From: Penicillus capitatus
Taxonomy: Eukaryota > Plantae > Chlorophyta
DNA: 64,000 nucleotides
Reading direction: 5' to 3'
Assembly: GCA_965649825.1 (NCBI GenBank)
Contig: OZ287697.1
Location: 1,141,635 to 1,205,634 of the forward strand
Within the stretch, counting starts at the first letter, position 1. Each line of letters opens with the position of its first letter. Shown in pieces: positions 10,605 through 21,195 of the stretch. The translations under genes and the position numbers were made by a program. The notes beneath the pieces were generated by a model that was given only the letters and a program-made list of their open reading frames with translations, was not told the origin of the DNA and searched no databases.

Positions 10605-12982
10605 CTAGTGTTGAGGTTTCTGTTTAGATGGACAAACCATACAAGGACGATATGCTAGTCCTAAAAATCAGTATGTGACGATTGAATCTTGCTTCTTGAA
10701 TCTATTAGAGGCTTCTAGCATTTTTTGTTTTTGTAAAATCCCGCTTCCCGCGATACTATAAGGAACACGAACTGATGGCAAAGCCAGATCATATCGCAGA
10801 AAGCAAAAGCCGTACTTATATGCCTATTTGCTGAAAACAATCCCGGAGCTAGTTTCGTTAGCTGGTCATTTTGTCGCTTTTTTGTAGCTTTTGTAATCTT
10901 TTTCGAAAATTATATCGATCGCGGTATTACATTTTTATCGCAGGTGATAGTTGAATTTGATGTGACCTTCCTCTTTGTTGTTACTAATTCTACATTGCTC
11001 TCTTTCTGATGAACACATTTTGCGCCTGTTGTAATCCCATTGTTAGACTTGAAGAGTAGTACTAGATTTGGCCTTGCATTTGTAGACGTATTTACGAACA
11101 AGACGTTTCTGTAATTTCCTCCTCCAACATGAGAAGTGGATGTTTATATCCAGAATATACTATCTTGCTATTTGTTTAATGCTGAAGCGGCTCATAAAAG
11201 AGGCTCATGAGTTCGTAACTTGTTTTCAGTATGCACCGAATCTTAATTGCTGAATACTTACTTGGAAAGTTCTCTCGCTCTACCGTTTCTGTGTTATGTT
11301 TTTCTTGCTATTGTGATGGCCTTGAGGCGATGTGTGGAGCGATTTCAAGAACTGACCAATGTAACCTTTCTGATAATAAATCATTTTCCTCATACTGCAA
11401 CAGCTGTTCATCATGCTCTTTGTAGCTTCAATCGCTTCATGTCCCCGTGGAAGTGTATCGGTAGATCATAAATTACTCTGAACGGTGTTCAGATGCAACT
11501 ATAGCACGTTCGCTATATTCTGGGTGAGGAAGATGGCAAGTGAGAGATTCTTTGGCTATCTGTCTTGCGCAAAGACGCCTAATATACCTGTTGGGATCTT
11601 TGATGACAAGGGGAACACTTTTGAAGGGCTACGTAGGAAGATGAACGAAAAAGCTGCGGTTAAGAGCAGGAAGGTGTATATTTAGAAGACGCAGTGCAAA
11701 GAAGTGGTCGATGACCTTAAGCTTTCATTTGCAGACACTGTCGGCAAGATAATGGAACGGCGACATCATGGGCCATGTGGGAGCCAGCAATGGACTGAGG
11801 GGACTGTCTGGCTGGACCGGGGGCCATGCTACCAAGGGGCGTTCGGGGTCTTGTCAGAGGGGACTTTGGTAGTCGGGGGGCAGGATTCCCTGGCTCGGGG
11901 TGAGAGTTGACTCACTAGCTTCGGAGGTCACATCGCTTGAACGGCTTAAAGGGAAAGGAACATTAGGTCGGGAGCCTTTGTTTGAAACTTTGTTTGTTTG
12001 TAAACGTTCGAGTCTTGAGGTTCAGTCTGGCTGACGAAGACGAGCAACGGCCGGTTTCGCACGCGACTGTCCATTATCCACCGTTGTCACAGGGTTCGCC
12101 CTATCTCTCCGCTCTACGGTTTTGGAGGGAGGGAGAGCGTCGGAGTGTGGACGCGTCTGACCTATTCCAGCGGGGCGCCGACCAGGTGGTGCATAACGCC
12201 GGGCTATACGATTCCCGTCGCAGCTCAATTCACGACGATCGGCACGATCCCGCGGACGGGGCCGGTCCATCTACTCGACAAGACGAGGGAGAGAGTCAGT
12301 TATCTCCACGAGTAGGGAATCTTCCAAGCAGTACACCGCTGTGAAGGGTACCTGCTTCCGCCTCGAGTCATCTGGCGAAGAGTCGCCGCTGGCGCGCCAA
12401 CCGTCTCTGTGGCGCCACGCCAGCGGAACATCACTGGAGCGCGCATGACGAGAGGCGTGACATGTGCCTTATGTGACGATGTGGCCCTCCTATCCGGGGT
12501 ATTTAAACGGAACTGCCGAGCCGTATTCGTCTAGCTATGTAAATAGCCATTGCGACGGAGTTCCCTGCGCGACTCGCTATCCGGTCCGGACTCGGCCGCC
12601 AGGTCGACGTTCACAACCGCGACAAGGACGACAGACACTGTCGGCAAGATGGCGATCTGTCGATGCGACTGTCTTGTGCACGAGGGGTGCACCTTGCTTT
12701 GGGACACTCGGGGTCTTGTCATTTGGAGGTTTGGGCCGGAAAGGGGTCTTTTTCTCTGGTCCTGGAGCGGTGCTGAGTCACCTGCCTAGGCATGTCACGT
12801 CACCGCGGGGTTATTTAATGGACAATCTGCACCTTGTTTCACCTTGCTCCAACAGTTGCAACAAGTCTTCCGCTGATTAATCGTTTCGTCCGACCCGACC
12901 GCCGACAGACACACTGGCTATTTTCCTTGCACGCTGTAGCCTTTTTTCGGCGACAATTTTGTCTGCGTGTCTTTAAAAGATC

Positions 12983-13124
12983 TGTCGTGCGCGGTACGCG
13001 GTGGGCCGGGCGCCGTCAGTACGCATGCTTTCCGAGGCAGAGAAAAGAACGAACGCCTTGTTAATAATGATTAATGATTGTCAATTTTTCAGTTTCTGCT
13101 GACAGTCCTCAGATCGATCCATCA
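12983..13124 (-). repeat. 3' LTR (142 bp)
   Basis: TGATGGATCG...GCACGACA on the minus strand; identical to 17368-17509 except one base (12990 C vs 17375 A on the plus strand). Confidence 0.93.
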
Positions 13125-15984
13125 CTCTTCCCTGCGCAACTTCTTCGTCATCAAAGTAGACACGAAGTCGGCTCGAATGGTAGGGTCCTCTGAGTTGTCC
13201 GCTTCTTCGAATCTTCCATAGCTTTCTGCCGATCTTCTTCTCTAAGACATAGGGACCATTCCAGGCAGGTGCCAGTGGTGATCGTCGCCGTTCAGGTTCG
13301 AAGACCAACACCTTCTGGCCAAGTTGCAATGCTCGTGCTCCTTGGCGACCCAGTCCTCGACGGAGGCATTGTTCTGTGTGCTTCTGCGCTGCCAGAGTCC
13401 GTTGATGCGCTCGTTGTCGCCAGATGATGACCTCTTGCATCAGCGTGATCTGTCCGTCGCGTTGCCGACCGTGCATCAACTCATTTGGAGTGAACTGGGT
13501 AACCTTATGAACGGCGTCGTTCAGCACGTCTTCGAGTTGGTTTAAGGATAGCTCTTTGCGCTGCAGCTTGAACCGTCTCATGCGTTCCTTGATTGTCTGG
13601 ATGCTGCGTTCAACCAGGCCATTGGACTGCGGACTATAAACCCCAGACGTGAGGTGTGACACATTCTGTTCTTCACACCATGTCGATACGGCCAGTCCAC
13701 AGAATACCTGCGCATTATCCGTAAAGATCGATCGCAGAGGAGATTCATCTGTCGTGTTGTTTCGAATCCATGAATTGAGCGCTTGGATGACGACCTTAGA
13801 GTTCGGTTTCGTGGCTGATCGCAATTGGATATACCTAGACAAGCCATCGATCATGACCAGTACCCAGCGAGAACGTCGTTGCCAGTGGACTGGGCCGAGA
13901 AAGTCCAAATGGACAATCTCATTGACCTCCTGGCAGTCCATTCCCGACCATCGATCTGGAGAGGCTTGCATCCGAAATCGCTGGCAGATCGGGCAGACCC
14001 GAACGAATTCTGCCACGTCTTGTGCGTCATTTATCCAGTGCCAGCCGTCGCGTCGAAGGTGACTGAGTGTCTTGAAGACACCCCAGTGCCCGTAGTGTGC
14101 TTTCTCGATCGCTGTTCGACGTTGTGTTGTCAGGTGATCGAGCCTTAGGACCTCCGCAGGGCCATCGTCCTCCAGAAATACAGTCATCTCCTTTGATGGC
14201 GGCTCATGCCATCGAGATAACAGGTCTGCCAATACGTTCTCTTCGCCAGGCAAGAACTCAATCGTCAATCTCGATCCCCAGTTCGCTGTCAACCATTCGA
14301 ATGCTCGAAGGATTCGAACATCTTTCAGGGCCTCGGCAGAGGGCGTCTTTTTCAGTCGCATCCATGCGGACTGCGAATCTGTCTGAACGACGACTTCTGA
14401 GCCGATGACAATGTCCCAACACTGCCGGAGACTCCAAATCAGCGCTTGGAGTTCCCCGACCATTGACGACGGATGATCGCTGATCCTTGAGCTTCCGATC
14501 ATCACCAACACGCCATTATTCGGATGTCCGGACCAGAGGGCATATCCCCTCGACGAGGTTGACCAGTCGACTCGGATATACCAGCGTGTCGTATCCTTAG
14601 GCAGGAACGATAGTCGCTGATGGCAATCCAAGATCTTCGACCAGATTCCTTTCGTCATTTGCTGGAGATCCACCAGACTCTTTCGGTTTTCCGGTGGTTC
14701 ACACAGCTCTGATTGCAGTGGTTCAATGATATGTGCTAACCCCGGACACGATCCACGTATTACGTTTAATAGTCCCAAGAGTTTTTTCAATTGAGTGACC
14801 GTATTCGCACTTGGCAGATAACCCATCTTACTCTGCAAAAACGAACCCAACGAATATCCTTTTGGTTCCACATCGTACCCTAAAAATTGTACGCGTCGCG
14901 AACACAATTGTACCTTCTCCCTGTTAGCATGAAAACCGAAATCACTTAACCGCTGGAAAACAGCGTCCAGATTCGCGTCATGTTCAGTAGCAGACGGCCC
15001 GCCTATTAGCAGGTCGTCCGCATACTGTATCACCGATAGACCCGATAACACGGATCTCACACGTGATGCAAATAAACCTGGTGACGGGGACCATCCCATC
15101 GGTAAACAAACATATGTGTAACGGATACCAAATTGTTCAAATGCAAATAGTGTTTGTAAGGTCCTATCTACAGAAAAGTGATAAAATCCTGATCGTAAGT
15201 CCAAGACCGAAAAGTGTGACCAATCCGCCGGTATTGATTGCAGTGTAGACATCACACCAGGTGTGGCAGATCGCCATGGCTTGACGTAAGCGTTTAACAG
15301 ACGCAAATCGATCGTACATCGCGGAGAGCCATCTTTCTTACGTACCCAGAGAATAGGGCTGTAGAACGCCCGTTCTGTGGCACGAAGTCTTCGGATCACT
15401 CCTTGATCTTCGAGACGATTTAGCTCTGCTTTTGCATCTTCCTGCCGAATCTCACCAACGCCATATGACACGCCACGATTCATCAATGGAATCCTGTCGA
15501 TAGGCACTGTCCATTCAATTTCCGATGCCCGAATCTCTAGCCGCAAAGCGCGTTCTTCATCGAATCTCGGTGTCGAGAAGACGGCGGGATAGAGTTTCAT
15601 CCACGCATCGATTCTCTTTCCTTCTTCGGCCGCATGTGCTCCACAAATATCGGACGCAGTCATAACGAATTTCGCGCCCGGCAAGCGCAACACCGCGACC
15701 AAACAGGTGCGAGCAGACAGACATCTGGCCTCTTGTGTCGCATTCCATATGGTCGTCCTAATGATTCCCTTATCTGAAAGACTTGTACCAACGATTAATC
15801 CCGGAAGTTGAGATATCGGAAGTATCCCACGGATACCCTTTCCCGTGATCTGATACGGCGACACCTTTGTCACACACTTCTGAGGCCCTACAATCAGCGA
15901 CATGCACAACGGCAGTAAGGCACGGTCACCGCGGATAACCGGCCGATATGCCGTATCCAGGTATCTTGTTTTCGTAATGTTCAC
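13081..15984 (-). CDS. pol: Retrotransposon Pol (RT, RNase H, integrase with GPY-like tail), probably translated by -1 frameshift from about 16050
   Basis: RT motifs CTIDLRLLN, LDLRSGFYH, LPMGW, YADDLLI, FLGY. RNase H motifs VDWS, ELQAL, TDSQ, NVLADLLSR. Integrase HYGH...CPIC, LDF...TDN-x35-E and WNGPY. Confidence 0.95.
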   Translation of the reverse strand: MNITKTRYLDTAYRPVIRGDRALLPLCMSLIVGPQKCVTKVSPYQITGKGIRGILPISQLPGLIVGTSLSDKGIIRTTIWNATQEARCLSARTCLVAVLRLPGAKFVMTASDICGAHAAEEGKRIDAWMKLYPAVFSTPRFDEERALRLEIRASEIEWTVPIDRIPLMNRGVSYGVGEIRQEDAKAELNRLEDQGVIRRLRATERAFYSPILWVRKKDGSPRCTIDLRLLNAYVKPWRSATPGVMSTLQSIPADWSHFSVLDLRSGFYHFSVDRTLQTLFAFEQFGIRYTYVCLPMGWSPSPGLFASRVRSVLSGLSVIQYADDLLIGGPSATEHDANLDAVFQRLSDFGFHANREKVQLCSRRVQFLGYDVEPKGYSLGSFLQSKMGYLPSANTVTQLKKLLGLLNVIRGSCPGLAHIIEPLQSELCEPPENRKSLVDLQQMTKGIWSKILDCHQRLSFLPKDTTRWYIRVDWSTSSRGYALWSGHPNNGVLVMIGSSRISDHPSSMVGELQALIWSLRQCWDIVIGSEVVVQTDSQSAWMRLKKTPSAEALKDVRILRAFEWLTANWGSRLTIEFLPGEENVLADLLSRWHEPPSKEMTVFLEDDGPAEVLRLDHLTTQRRTAIEKAHYGHWGVFKTLSHLRRDGWHWINDAQDVAEFVRVCPICQRFRMQASPDRWSGMDCQEVNEIVHLDFLGPVHWQRRSRWVLVMIDGLSRYIQLRSATKPNSKVVIQALNSWIRNNTTDESPLRSIFTDNAQVFCGLAVSTWCEEQNVSHLTSGVYSPQSNGLVERSIQTIKERMRRFKLQRKELSLNQLEDVLNDAVHKVTQFTPNELMHGRQRDGQITLMQEVIIWRQRAHQRTLAAQKHTEQCLRRGLGRQGARALQLGQKVLVFEPERRRSPLAPAWNGPYVLEKKIGRKLWKIRRSGQLRGPYHSSRLRVYFDDEEVAQGRVMDRSEDCQQKLKN
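13125..13133 (-). promoter_or_regulatory. Polypurine tract
   Basis: AGGGAAGAG immediately precedes the TG of the 3' LTR. Confidence 0.75.
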
Positions 15985-16024
15985 GGAGAGCGAGTCGTCC
16001 TGGCTCGCTCGCTCCCGGTTTCGT

Positions 16025-16056
16025 GCTCCCTTGGAGGGAGCCTTTAGCAGTTTTTT
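16025..16056 (-). promoter_or_regulatory. -1 programmed ribosomal frameshift signal
   Basis: Slippery heptamer A AAA AAC (16056-16050) in the ORF1 frame, 8-nt spacer, hairpin GCTCCC-TCCAA-GGGAGC. The -1 frame is open into Pol. Confidence 0.8.
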
Positions 16057-17411
16057 TGGGACGGCAGATCAGCGCCACCGACTTGGTGGCAGTATACCCG
16101 CGTCCCCTCCGGCGTTTCTAAAAGGTCCTCCGCGCACTTGATGGTCAATCCGAGAGAGGTTAGGCCAGGTAGACCTAAAATGGCTCGCGGCACTCCAGGA
16201 ACCACGAGATAGGTCAGAACTGCTTCTTGATCTCCCACAATCGATCGCATCTGCACTTCTCCCTCTACTGGATGACTCGTTCCTGCGAACGATTTCACAG
16301 CCGCAATCGGCGAGTCGACCACGGGAACCCCCATCTCTTCAATGGTCGCTTTCGGCAGCAAGTTGACGGTTGCTCCGGTATCCACGAGAAACTGCATTAC
16401 CGACCTTGGAGAGTCTACCGACTTCGATATCTGTCCATTAACGTGGTACAGTCGCCTCACATGTGACTCTGTCAAGTTTTCCTCCACGTTCTGCTTAGGG
16501 CATGCCCGTTTCCAATGTCTGCCGCCGCATAGTGGACAGGGATGCTTTGGCTTCTTTGGTTTAAACGGACAATCAGCTTGGAGGTGACCCGGCGAACCAC
16601 ACCACCAACAGGTCATCCGCCTTTGTTCAGGGGCAGAGGGCCCTGTCGCAGGCGTAGTCGGCGTTGTCTCTACGCGAGCTACGTTGCTCGCAGCCGCCCT
16701 CGTCACTTCCGTCTCCGCGATGCGCGCTTCCAGTCGGCGGATCTGCGCTGTCAGCTGCTTCGTCTCGGGTGTAGGCGGTGCGGACATCGACGGAATCCGC
16801 AACCAAATGTACCGAAACAACTGCACGACTGGGAGACGTGAGAGTTGCGTCGCAATCGCCAAGGCCACCGTATACGGAGACGCTAAACGAAGCAAACCCC
16901 ATGCGACGACATTCATCGCCGCAAACCACAACACCGCGGCTAAGACGACCGTCTCTACTTCACGGAGGCTTCGAACAAGGACCACAGCTGCGGTGACGAA
17001 GCCCTCTGTAAAGACGAGCGGTGACCAGAGAAGCCGACCGAACTGACAGACGCCAAAGGCGGCCAACTCTGCCGTTTTCTCGAAGACGGCTGTCGCACAG
17101 ACGAGCACGCCGTCACAAGCTTTGCGACGTTCATCCGGCTCGGGGACCACGACTGGCGGCGGCTTCGCTCTGACGAAAAGCGACCACAACCATGACCACC
17201 AGGTTTGCTGCTGAGTTTGAGATGCAGATTCGGAAGACGCGGCGTCCTCTGTACTCGTGGATGTGGGTTCGTTCGGGGATGCCACCGTCCCAGAACGGGT
17301 CTGTACGGCGACGGCGCCATGCACAAACAACAGCAGGAGAACGCCCAACGACGCTCCGAAACCAAACTGTCGTGAGCGGTACGCGGTGGGCCGGGCGCCG
17401 TCAGTACGCAT
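16044..17411 (-). CDS. gag: Atypical Gag-protease ORF1: hydrophobic N-terminal half, coiled coil, two CCHC knuckles, aspartic protease
   Basis: CWWCGSPGHLQADC, CPLCGGRHWKRAC, FLVDTGA...ILGLPGL. N-terminal GASLGVLLLLFVHGAVA and TVVLAAVLWFAAMNVVAWGLL are hydrophobic. Confidence 0.88.
   Translation of the reverse strand: MRTDGARPTAYRSRQFGFGASLGVLLLLFVHGAVAVQTRSGTVASPNEPTSTSTEDAASSESASQTQQQTWWSWLWSLFVRAKPPPVVVPEPDERRKACDGVLVCATAVFEKTAELAAFGVCQFGRLLWSPLVFTEGFVTAAVVLVRSLREVETVVLAAVLWFAAMNVVAWGLLRLASPYTVALAIATQLSRLPVVQLFRYIWLRIPSMSAPPTPETKQLTAQIRRLEARIAETEVTRAAASNVARVETTPTTPATGPSAPEQRRMTCWWCGSPGHLQADCPFKPKKPKHPCPLCGGRHWKRACPKQNVEENLTESHVRRLYHVNGQISKSVDSPRSVMQFLVDTGATVNLLPKATIEEMGVPVVDSPIAAVKSFAGTSHPVEGEVQMRSIVGDQEAVLTYLVVPGVPRAILGLPGLTSLGLTIKCAEDLLETPEGTRVYCHQVGGADLPSQKNC
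17349..17364 (-). promoter_or_regulatory. Putative primer-binding site
   Basis: TGGTTTCGGAGCG... begins 3 nt after the CA of the 5' LTR. The cognate tRNA was not identified. Confidence 0.4.
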
Positions 17412-17509
17412 GCTTTCCGAGGCAGAGAAAAGAACGAACGCCTTGTTAATAATGATTAATGATTGTCAATTTTTCAGTTTCTGCTGACAGTCCTCAGATC
17501 GATCCATCA
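17368..17509 (-). repeat. 5' LTR (142 bp)
   Basis: Direct repeat of 12983-13124; contains the ORF1 ATG at 17411. Confidence 0.93.
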
Positions 17510-19263
17510 AACGCGTCCGAATAGATGCATCTGAAAAAAGCGACAACTAGAGTGACTTTACCTGTTGTCCTTTTTGTAAGCCAGTTACTCCGCAAGCGAT
17601 TGCAAGCACGTGGTGAGTTGTTCACGTAGGTTGAGCCCCTCCGTCGTTGTCGTCTTTCGAATCGTCCTTTGACCGCGCGGGATCGTTCTTGGTCGCGTTT
17701 GGCAGTCCAAACGAGAGCAAATCGAACTTTAACAGAAGCAGAAGCGCAAAGATTCAAAAAAAACAGCAGCGAAGTTCAACTTAGCCATATCTGCCTTTTT
17801 GATCTACGAACTAATCAATTGTCAATTACAGTCAGCGAAAGGCTTCATGTGTTACAGTGCAAAGGGTATATATACCATCAACAGCTAGATACTTATACGC
17901 GCCCCTGTATGGAACTCTGTCTTGTCTGTAATCGATTCGTGTTCGTAGCATCCTACCTCGACGTATACAATGGTCTACGTTCACGTATTTGTATGCCAGA
18001 GGTGACATGACACGTCTGTTGTTCTGAAGAATTACGATCAAACTCATCTGGATAAATGAACATTGAAAACTGTCACGCACTCGACGAACGAACGGGTTGG
18101 GAAACGGTCGACGACGAAGGCTTATCGCTTACAGAAGACTGTCAGACAATGAAAGGTCGAGGTTAAATACCCGACGAACGAACTAACAGGTCACATCAAG
18201 TGTTCCTGGGCCACTCGTTGGTCCACTGCGCGGAGCTGGGCATTACATAACTGTGACAAAAACGGACGCGCACGATCACAGAATTGTAACCGCGTTTTGT
18301 ACGTTTCTGCATACGAACAGCAAACCGCGAACGTGCACTGCTTCAACTTTCCGAGCGAATCTTACAGCAGTACAAGCGCCCCTTCGGAGATAGAACCCTG
18401 TGAAATTTAGGCAGTCACGATGTGACAGCCAGATCCTCCCGACAATATCATCGACGGTATCAATTCTTTGCAACGTATGTTTTGAAGCAGATGCAGCAGA
18501 TCTAGGTAATGATCTTGAACGGCTGGCTTCGGACAAAACTTTATAACCGTCGTTGCGTCAAAAATGGACATTCTCCTCTGTAAGACACCTGTTTTTAAAG
18601 AGTTTGTTTGCCGATCTGCGTTCCCGCGATAGTATGCATGGCCTTTTAAGTACTACTTACGTAAGGAGTAGACGAGTTGAAACCAAATCGCAGCAAGTTT
18701 ATGTCACATCGATCGCGGATTAGCGTCTGAAGCAGACGGATATTCGCGTTTCATTGTCACATCCGAATCCAGCACCTCACTCATGAATTCTCCCATATCT
18801 TCCAAGAACAACAAGACAGAGGACGATTGTATCGGCCTTGTGTGCTGTTTAACGTGTCCACAATTTTTTTGCGGTCGCCTAACGTTGCTCATCTGGCCGT
18901 CTCATCCTTAGAATCCAACATACGTCATTAACTTACGGTTTCGTCGTCGTTTTTCGGAATCCACAGAACAAAATCGCTGTGGGCGAGACACGTCACCGAA
19001 TCACACGTCAAACGAAAAACCGATAGAACACGGTTTCTTTACTTACGAGCCAGCATCAGACAACTGATCATCTACGAAGCTCTGCGGAAAGCGATTTCAT
19101 TCGACAAAGATCACATAAAGAAAGATGACGCATCATTCAAAACCGTCATACACAGTCCACGAATGAATAACAATCAGCGATCTTGCGATTTACTGCAGAC
19201 AACGACAACACATGCACAAAGACGATGGATAAGAAAAGGATCAAAGCTTCGATGACGAGTTTC

Positions 19264-21195
19264 TCAAGGATCGGGTACGAAATCCAAACAACTGTAGATC
19301 AACTGATCTGCCACGCGCATGACTTTCTTTCTCCATTCCCCAAGCGCCAATTTTATCAATGGCATCGTCCATTCCATCCTCTTTCGCTGAATCTCACTCC
19401 ATCGATCGTCCATTCCGGGCGCATTCAGCCGATCGAGACATTTACCAAACGTCATGTGCTCGTCGAACAACAGCAACGATTGCGATTGGATCGACGATTT
19501 CTCATCTGCCTTTGACTCGATCAGCGCTACATTCTCTTCACACTCGGCACCGGGGATCTTGGATAGGACCAAGTAGGGCTGTTGACACAGGCGTCTGCGA
19601 ATGTCGTCTGTTATTTTCACCCAGAGACACGTCTCGGGGCATAGCAGCTCTGTCGGTCGATAATCGCCTTTGTATTGTATCTTGGCGCAGGAATGCACAT
19701 AGTATCCGATGGAATAGTACTTAAGTGTGGGATAAACTGTCGATGCTGATTCCACCCACTCGATCTCCATCAACGCCGAGATCTTCCCCAGGGAAAGTGG
19801 CGCAAAATCCGGATCCCAGAAGAAATAGGCGCTGCACAATGACCGCGGCAACACATCGACGACACCAACGGCAACCAATCGACCATCGATGCGATACTGC
19901 ACATGATAACAGCCCATTCTCAACGGCGAGATCGTCGCATCCGGTTCTTCGTGCACCAACGGCGAATCGACTAAGAAACGCTCGTAGCGCGGTCGAGTGA
20001 TCCGTTCGAATGGCTCATCATGGATGCGCATCTGATACTTGCGATAAAGCTCGAATTCTTCCTCTACGAAAGACGTCATCATCCAGTGCGTTGTGAGATG
20101 TCTCCTGCGACCGACAGCAGTGCGAAACTCTATCGGTAGATCGGGAGGATAACGATAGGGAGTGGAAGTCTCCGATGGGCTCGACATAGGAGACGACGTC
20201 GATCGAGGAGGCGACGGATCTCGCGGTACGGATACCGACAAGAGCAATTCCGATGCCGTCTGCTCATCCCAGCGACCTCCTTCGACGAACATATTGAGAT
20301 GCCCATCGGCAGATCGCAATCGAATGGGCTCCATCAACATCGACCACCGATGCTGCTGATCTTCCGATATCCACCGTTGATAGATCGTCTGCTTCGTCTC
20401 GTTGAAGAAGAGGCAAAATCGCTCGGCTATATGTTGCAGTGTCCATCCATGGGTCTCGGATCGAAGGCGGTGGAAGAGGGCGATAAGAAAAGGACTGGTC
20501 AGGAAAGCATTCTGCGGCAAGTGCTTTCGCTGTTTCTTAGTAGGCGGACAGATCGTCGCTCGAATGTCGCCCTGATATGACAGCTCTTGTCAGTCGGGTA
20601 TTCGCGATCGCTCGACATCTCACCTTGTTCAATCGCTCTCTCTTGCACCAGGCGTCGACGATATCATCGAAAAGGCGGCGCAAAGTAGCGTGCGGATCGG
20701 TTTTGATCGGGAGTACAGATGGCGGCGTGGAAGTCGGAGGCTTTGGCGATAACGCACCACCTGATACAGCAACGAATGATACCACAGTGCCAGGATGGAC
20801 AGAGAAGTCACCATCCAAGTACTTTTGTAGTTTTCTTTGAGCTTTTTTCTGATTCTTCGACGGGACGAAATCGTGGACATTGAGTCGAACAGTATAACTG
20901 GGACAGCACATGCAACTCAGATCCGGCTGATGTCACACCCGTTACTCTCTTATCGAAAAAGATAGTTACATCACCTTGTACATATAGTATCCAGCGCGTG
21001 TCCAGCCGATGTCCACGAGGTCCTGATATGCTTGCACCGTCAGTGTCGATGTCATCATTCCTAAAACGATGGAGTGTGTCGGTCGAGAGCGAAGCAGGGC
21101 ATACCATGCGTGCAAAAACGTGATGATTGTCGACAGTACACGCAGTGACTCTGCGAGGCACCGTAGTCCCGTACGACGTTAATTCGTTCAGACAT
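19264..21195 (-). CDS. ATE1: Arginyl-tRNA--protein transferase (N-degron pathway), multi-exon
   Basis: Spliced N-terminus MSERINVVRDYG...CVYC...YQDLVDIGWTRAGYYMYKPDLSCMCCPSYTVRL. C-terminal FELYRKYQ...H, YRIDGRLVAVGVVDVLP...AYFFWDPD...LSLGK and GYYVHSC...YKGDYRP. Confidence 0.9.

Larger units (their letters stand above)
12983..17509 (-). mobile_element. Compact Ty3/Gypsy-type LTR retrotransposon (4527 bp), apparently intact and young
   Basis: Two 142-bp direct repeats with TG...CA ends, PPT, and domain order Zn knuckle-PR / RT-RNase H-IN. Confidence 0.95.

Noticed and set aside
17349-17364. Assigning a specific primer tRNA
   Set aside because: I could not match TGGTTTCGGAGCG to a tRNA 3' end with confidence; this needs the organism's tRNA set.
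16044-17411. Calling the hydrophobic region a retroviral env gene
   Set aside because: It is N-terminal and in frame with the zinc knuckles and protease rather than a third ORF after pol, and no fusion-protein motifs were recognised.
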